Positions 58,473 through 64,000 of a DNA stretch of 64,000 nt are shown in pieces. The DNA is from an uncultured delta proteobacterium. Lineage in GTDB: Bacteria > Myxococcota_A > Polyangia > Polyangiales > Polyangiaceae. Under the pieces are notes generated by a model that saw nothing but the letters and a program-made list of their open reading frames with translations, made no database searches and was not told the origin of the DNA. The DNA is taken from contig CAVQUB010000011.1 in the NCBI GenBank assembly GCA_963716725.1, positions 465,271 to 529,270 on the forward strand. The letters run 5' to 3'. The translations under genes were made by a program, and so were the position numbers. The first letter of the stretch is position 1, and each line of letters opens with the position of its first letter.

Positions 58473-61122
58473 ATGACCGAAGAAAACCGCCAACCGTCTT
58501 GCGCCGAAGTCGAAGAGCGCATGGCCGACATTCTGGACGGCTCCGCGCCGGAGCCGCTCTTCGATCACGTCGCAGAGTGCGATCGCTGCCGCGACGCGCG
58601 CTACGACGCCGAGAAGAACCTCGAACTCGTCGCCGCCGCCGGAGCCGACTACGTGGTCCCGGCCGATCTCGAGCCGCGGGTGCTCGCGGCACTGGACGCG
58701 CAGGGTGGCGCAGCGCCCGCGGGCGGCAGTCCGACTCCGGCCCTGGGCAGTCCCGAGCCGGCAGCCGAGCCGACGAGCGGAGCGAGCCCGGTCGCGGGTC
58801 CTGCCGCTACCGATCCCGACGCGCCGACCGCGCCCCAAACCACCACCGCGACGCTGCCTTCCGCCCCGACCCCAGAGGCGACAGTGGCGAAGACCGAACC
58901 GATCCCCGCGCAGTCGAAGACCGAGCCCGGCGAGCCGGCACGCGAAGCCACTGAGAAGGTCGAAGACCGCCCGCGCGTCGTCTCCCTGAAGCCCAAGTCC
59001 GGCGCGATGCGCTGGATGGTCGTCGGGGGTGTGGGCGCGATGCTGGCCACGGCGGCGGCTGCTGTCATCGTGATCAAGGTCCGCGGCAGCGGCGGCTCCG
59101 GCTCGGCGCTGACCGCCGAGGGCTGGCACGGCAACGTGGCCAAGCTCTCGGGCGGCGGCCTCTCCGTCTGTGCTCCCGACGGCACGAGCTGCACCGCAGC
59201 GGCCGAGCAAGGCGCTGTGCCCAAGGGCTCGGTGCTGGTGACGGACGGGCACACCCGCGCGCGAGTGTCCCTCGCGGACGGCACGGAGCTGTCGCTCGAC
59301 AGCGGCACCCGGGTCGTGCTCGGAACCGAGAAGGGACGACGCGCCAAGCTCGAGAAGGGCACCATCGTCGCGGACGTGGCCCACATCGACAAGGAGCGGG
59401 CACGCTTCGACCTGCCGAAGGGGCACGTCGAGGTGCTGGGCACCAAGTTCTCGCTGACCGCGAACGACGACAGCGCGACGGTGGACGTCAGCCGCGGCAC
59501 CGTGAAGCTCGCGGACGAGCAGGGTCGCGAGGTGACGGTCCGTGCTGGCGAGCAGGGCCGCTCCTTCGCAGGCATGCCGCCCTTCGTCGGCAACTCGAAC
59601 ACGATGGCCGAGAACATCGCCTGGAGCGAGTCGGCTCTCGCGGAAGACGAACACGAAGAGGTGGCCGTGCGCGGCCTCGGTGAGCTCAAGGCCAAGAAGC
59701 CCGGCGACAGCACCGAGCGAGACAACGCCGTCAGCCTGACCTCGCACTCGGTCAAGGTGCGTATCGCCGGCGCGATGGCCCGCACCGAGGTGGACGAGGT
59801 CTTCACCAACAACACCGACGAGGTGCTCGAAGGCATCTACCGCTTCCCGGTGCCGCCGGACGCGAAGATCGAGCGGCTGGCCCTGGAGGTGGACGGCAAG
59901 CTCGAGGAGGGCGCCTTCGTCGATCGCGACCGCGCCGCGGCCATCTGGCGCGGGAGCATCGTGAACGCCGCTCCGCAGATCCGTCGCGAGATGCGGGAAG
60001 AGATCGTCTGGGTGCCCGGTCCCTGGAAGGATCCGGCCCTGCTCGAGTGGCAGCGCGGGGGGCGCTTCGAGCTGCGCATCTTCCCGATCCCGAAGCGGGG
60101 ATCGCGCCGGGTGATCCTCGCCTACACCCAGACCATCAAGCCCACCGGCGGCGTGCGCCGCTACAGCTACCCGATGCCCCACGATCCCAGCGGGTCGACG
60201 CGTGTCGGTCGCTTCGACGTGAACGTGCAGGTGCGCGGCCACGACGAGTCCTTCGGTGTGCGACCCCAGGGCTACGAGCTGGCAAAGACCAAGAACAACG
60301 GGGCCGATCAGCTCGAGATGAACGCTGCCGGGTTCTCGCCGAGCGGTGACCTCACGGTCGAGTACGCGCTGCCGGAGCGAGACGCGGAACTCACCGCCTG
60401 GGCCTACAAACCGAGTGGTGATGAGGCCGGCAAGCTGGCCGAGAAGGGCAAGGCGACCCCTGTCACGCCCGCAAAGGGCAAAGACAACGCCGTCGTCGAG
60501 GCCGCGCCCGAGGCCCCGGCGCCGAAGCTCGGCGAGGGTGCGCCCTACGTCGCGATCGCCCTGCGCCCGAAGCTGCCACGGTCCCGTGACGACGCGCAGC
60601 GCACCTTCGCCATCGTGGTCGACAGCAGCCGCTCGATGTTCGGCGAGAGCTACAAGCGCGCGATCAACGTCGCCAGCAAGTTCGTGCGCGAGCTCGCCGA
60701 GGGCGACAGCTTCACTCTCTTGGCCTGCGACACCGACTGCCGTGCCATGCCGGGCGGCATGCACACCCCGAGCCGCCAGAGCGCCACCGAGGCGCGTCGC
60801 TTCCTCGAGAGCGTGCGTGCCCGAGGGCGCGAGCAATCCGACCATGGCCATCCGACTGGCCCGATCGACCGCCAGCGCCGCCACGAACAAGGATCTCCGC
60901 GTCGTGTTCATCGGTGACGGCATGCCGACCATCGGGCCCGATCCGTCCGGCCTACGTCACCCGCGCCATCGAAGACGCCATGCCCGCGGGCAGCGGCACC
61001 GTCACCACGGTCGCCATCGGCGCGGACTCGGACATCGACACGCTCGGCGCCATGGCCCGGGGCGGCGGCGGCGTGATGCTGCCCTTCGTCCCAGGGCAAA
61101 CCACCGCCGAAGCAGTATTCGC
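58473..61122 (+). CDS. Anti-sigma fusion: zf-HC2 + TM + FecR + VIT + vWA; frameshifts near 60820 and 60940; truncated at junction
   Basis: [55 protein letters not shown] (MIDAS); VFIGDG. Confidence 0.85.
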
Positions 61123-61587
61123 GCCGAGTACCGACGGGAGCAGGTGGGCTTCATCTTCCAGTTCTACAACCTCGTGCCGACGCTGACCGCCTACGAGAAC
61201 GTGCAGGTTGCCACCGAACTGGTCAGCGACCCGCTCGATCCGGCGAGAGCCCTGGACATGGTTGGGCTGGCGGATCGGGCGGAGCACTTCCCGGCCCAGC
61301 TTTCCGGCGGTGAGCAGCAGCGTGTCGCCATCGCCCGGGCCCTGGCCAAGCGTCCGGAGCTCCTGTGCTGGCGGACGAGCCGACCGGCGCCCTCGACCTG
61401 ACGATGGCCCGCAACGTCCTGGGTATACTCCAACGGCTCAACCAGGACCAGCACCTGACGGTCATCTTGATTACGCACAACCCCGCGATCGCGGCGATCG
61501 CGCGGGCGCATTCGGCTCGTGAGCGGCCGCGTCGCCGAGTCGCTGATCAACGAGAATCCCATCGCCGCCGAGCAGGTCACCTGGTAG
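61123..61587 (+). pseudogene. C-terminal half of a LolD/MacB-type ABC ATP-binding protein, frameshifted, Walker A missing
   Basis: [47 protein letters not shown]. Confidence 0.85.
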
Positions 61588-61603
61588 CGGGTGGGCGGGT
61601 CCT

Positions 61604-63969
61604 ATGGCCGTTCTGAATCGAAAACTCGTCCGAGACCTCCGCGGCGTACCGGGGTGCTAGCGACCGTCGTCGCCATCATCGGGATCGGTACGGGATCGTT
61701 CGTCGGGCGGCTCGGCACAGCGGATCCTGACGGTGAGCCAGCCCGCCTACTACCGCACGTACCACTTCGCCGACTTCTGGGTCGACGTGAAGAAGGCGCC
61801 GCTGACGCGCGCGAGCGAATCGCGGAGCTGCCCGGCATCGCGACGTCGAAGGCGCGGTTCGTTTCGACGTGATCCTTGATCTACCCGGCGTGATCGAGCC
61901 GTTGACCGGCCGGCTGATCTCGACGCCGGCCCGCGGCTTCGACCAGACGATCAACGGCATCTGCCTGATGCGCGGGTCCGGTTTCTCCGACGACCGCGGC
62001 GAAGAGGTGATCATCGGCGAGGCGTTCGCGCAAGGCCCACGGACTGGACCCGGGCGACCGCATCGAGCTGATTCTGAACCGCAAGCGCGAGTCCTTCGTC
62101 ATCGTCGGCACGGCGATCAGCCCGGAGTACGTCTACATGGTCCGCGGGGAGGGCGACTTCGTACCCGACCCGCAGCACTTCGGCATCCTCTACGTCAAGG
62201 CAGACTACGCGCGCGACGTGCTGGACTTCCAGGACGCGTGCAATCAGATGGTCGGCCGGCTCGTGCCCGGTGCCGAGGCGACGTCGAGCTGCTGCTTGAT
62301 CGGATCAGCCGCATGTTGGACCCTCACGGCGTGCTGGCGACGACGCCGCGCGATCGGCAGGCATCGAATCGGTTCCTCTCGGACGAAATCGAAGGGCTCG
62401 GCATCTCGGCCATGATCATGCCGACCATCTTCCTGCTCGTGGCGGCTAGTGCTGAACGTCCTCATGAGTCGGTTGGCCGAGCGGCAGCGGACGATCATCG
62501 GGACGCTCAAGGCCCTGGGCTACTCCGATCGAGCCGTGCTGCTGCACTTCTGTCTTTGGGTCGTCTCGGTCTGGCGGTGGGTCTTGTGGGCGGCGGCCCT
62601 CGGCATCCTCACGGCGGTCGGCATGGTCGAGATGTACAAGGACTTCTTCCAGTTTCCCCGGTTCGTTTACCAGTTGTATCCGGATCTGCTGCTGATCGGC
62701 ATGGGCATCAGCATCGCGTTCGCGGTGGCGGGTACCGCCAAGGGGGTGTGGTCCGTGCTGAGGCTGCACCCGGCGGAGGCCATGCGACCCAAGCCCCCCG
62801 AGCGCGGCGGAGCGATCTTCCTCGAGCGGTTCGGCCTTCTATGGCGGCAGATCGGTTTTCGTACGCACATCGCTTTGCGCAGCCTCTTTCGTAATCACGT
62901 TCGCACGCTGACGGGTATCGTTTCGTCGGCGCTGGCCACATCGATCGTGGTTCTGTCGCTTATGACGTGGGACTCGATGGGGTTCCTGGTCGATTTTCAG
63001 TTCGATCGCGTCCCATAGCGACGTCGATATCGGCATGCGTGACGAAAAGTCGGTGGCCGCGTTCTTGGAGAGCCCCGCGCTGCCGGGTGTCGATACCGCC
63101 GAACCCGTTCTGGGCCTCCGTTGCGACCTGCGTCACGGCCGGTACGCCCGACGGCTGACCGTCAGCGGGTTCTCCCCAGGCCATCGACTGACGACGCCGG
63201 TCCAGAAGAACCTGCAACCCATCGAGATCCCAACGCATGGTCTGGTGATGTCCAGCAACCTGGCAGATATTCTCCACGCAAACGTCGGCGACGTGCTCCA
63301 GTTGACCCCGGTCCGTGGACGGCGAGACACGGTGCCGGTGCGGCTGGTCACGGACGGTGGAGAGCTACCTGGGCCTGGAATGCTATGCCGACATTTCCTA
63401 CCTAAGCGGGATCGTCGGCGAGGCGCTGGCCGTCAACTCGATGCAGTTCGCCGTCTGCCCGGCCGCCACGAACGATTTGTACAGGCGAATCAAGACGCTA
63501 CCGATGCGCAGGACATCAACGTCCGGGCCAATGCCCGCCACAACATCGAGTCCACGTTCGTCGCGACGATGCTCGCCATGCTGGGGGTCTTCATCGTGTT
63601 CGCCGGGGTGATTTCGTTCGGGAGCCTGTTGAGCAACTCGCTCGTGGAGATCAGCGACAGGCTGCGCGACATCTCGACGTTCCGCGTGATGGGCTACAGG
63701 CCGTGGCATATCGCGGGGATCTTCTTTCGGCAGAACCTGGCGATCTACTTCTTCAGTCTGGGCCCGGCGATCCCACTGGGGTACGTGATGATGCTCGGGA
63801 TCGCTTCGGCCTACGACGCCGAGCTCTTTCGCATGCCGGTGATTGTCAGGACGAGCACCGTGGTGCTGACCGCGGTGATCGCGCTCGTGTTCGTGCTGAT
63901 CGCGCAAGCGGTCGTCTATCGACAGATCAGGGACCTCGATTGGCTGGAAGGCATCAAGGTCAAGGAATG
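61604..63969 (+). CDS. FtsX/MacB-family ABC permease, many frameshifts
   Basis: Fragments: MAVLNRKL, IFLLVAA..LNVLMSRL..QRTIIGTLKALGYS, PAEAMRP, ISTFRVMGY, DLDWLEGIKVKE. Confidence 0.78.
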
Positions 63970-63983
63970 GGAGGAACCGCGCC

Positions 63984-64000
63984 ATGAAGAAGCTGTGGCT
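63984..64000 (+). CDS. Start of next gene (MKKLW...), possibly the periplasmic adaptor of the ABC operon
   Basis: GGAGGA followed by ATG; product inferred from context only. Confidence 0.3.

Noticed and set aside
60346..61401. Genuine vWA-ABC ATPase fusion protein (351-aa ORF)
   Set aside because: Product of frameshifts plus the probable chimeric junction; lacks Walker A

Overview
High-GC (roughly 70%) chromosomal region that looks myxobacterial (Polyangiales/Sorangiineae-like), judged from Gly-rich lipoproteins, Cys-rich repeat proteins, an AgmX/PglI-like protein and a Hanks kinase/PEGA-like pair. It carries about 57 genes. Housekeeping and metabolic genes: rsgA, sthA, kup, crotonase, NUDIX, CYTH, B12-radical SAM, two EamA, two USP. 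There is also a dense set of surface lipoproteins with domains usually met in eukaryotes: two 11-unit inhibitor-cystine-knot-like arrays (one ending in a somatomedin-B-like domain), a Phytophthora GP42-type transglutaminase with a Pep-13-like peptide, fibro-slime, lamin-tail, LRR and Tudor-knot. The most interesting units are: (i) a coupled dockerin-bearing M1 peptidase plus cohesin lipoprotein at the end of a 10.5-kb adhesin-kinase-PEGA gene string; (ii) a CASTOR/POLLUX-like channel divergent from a Kup transporter with a long Pro/Ala/Thr repeat tail; (iii) an ECF sigma factor followed by a ZAS-FecR-VIT-vWA anti-sigma fusion; (iv) an APH-like/CysC-like/EamA/USP/HDAC-fusion cluster. Several genes have single-base frameshifts, most likely long-read indels. 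At about 61120 the VIT/vWA gene switches abruptly into the middle of an error-rich ABC-transporter operon, probably a chimeric junction. No rRNA, tRNA, CRISPR array, integrase or transposase was recognised. All domain calls are from reading motifs by eye, not from database searches.
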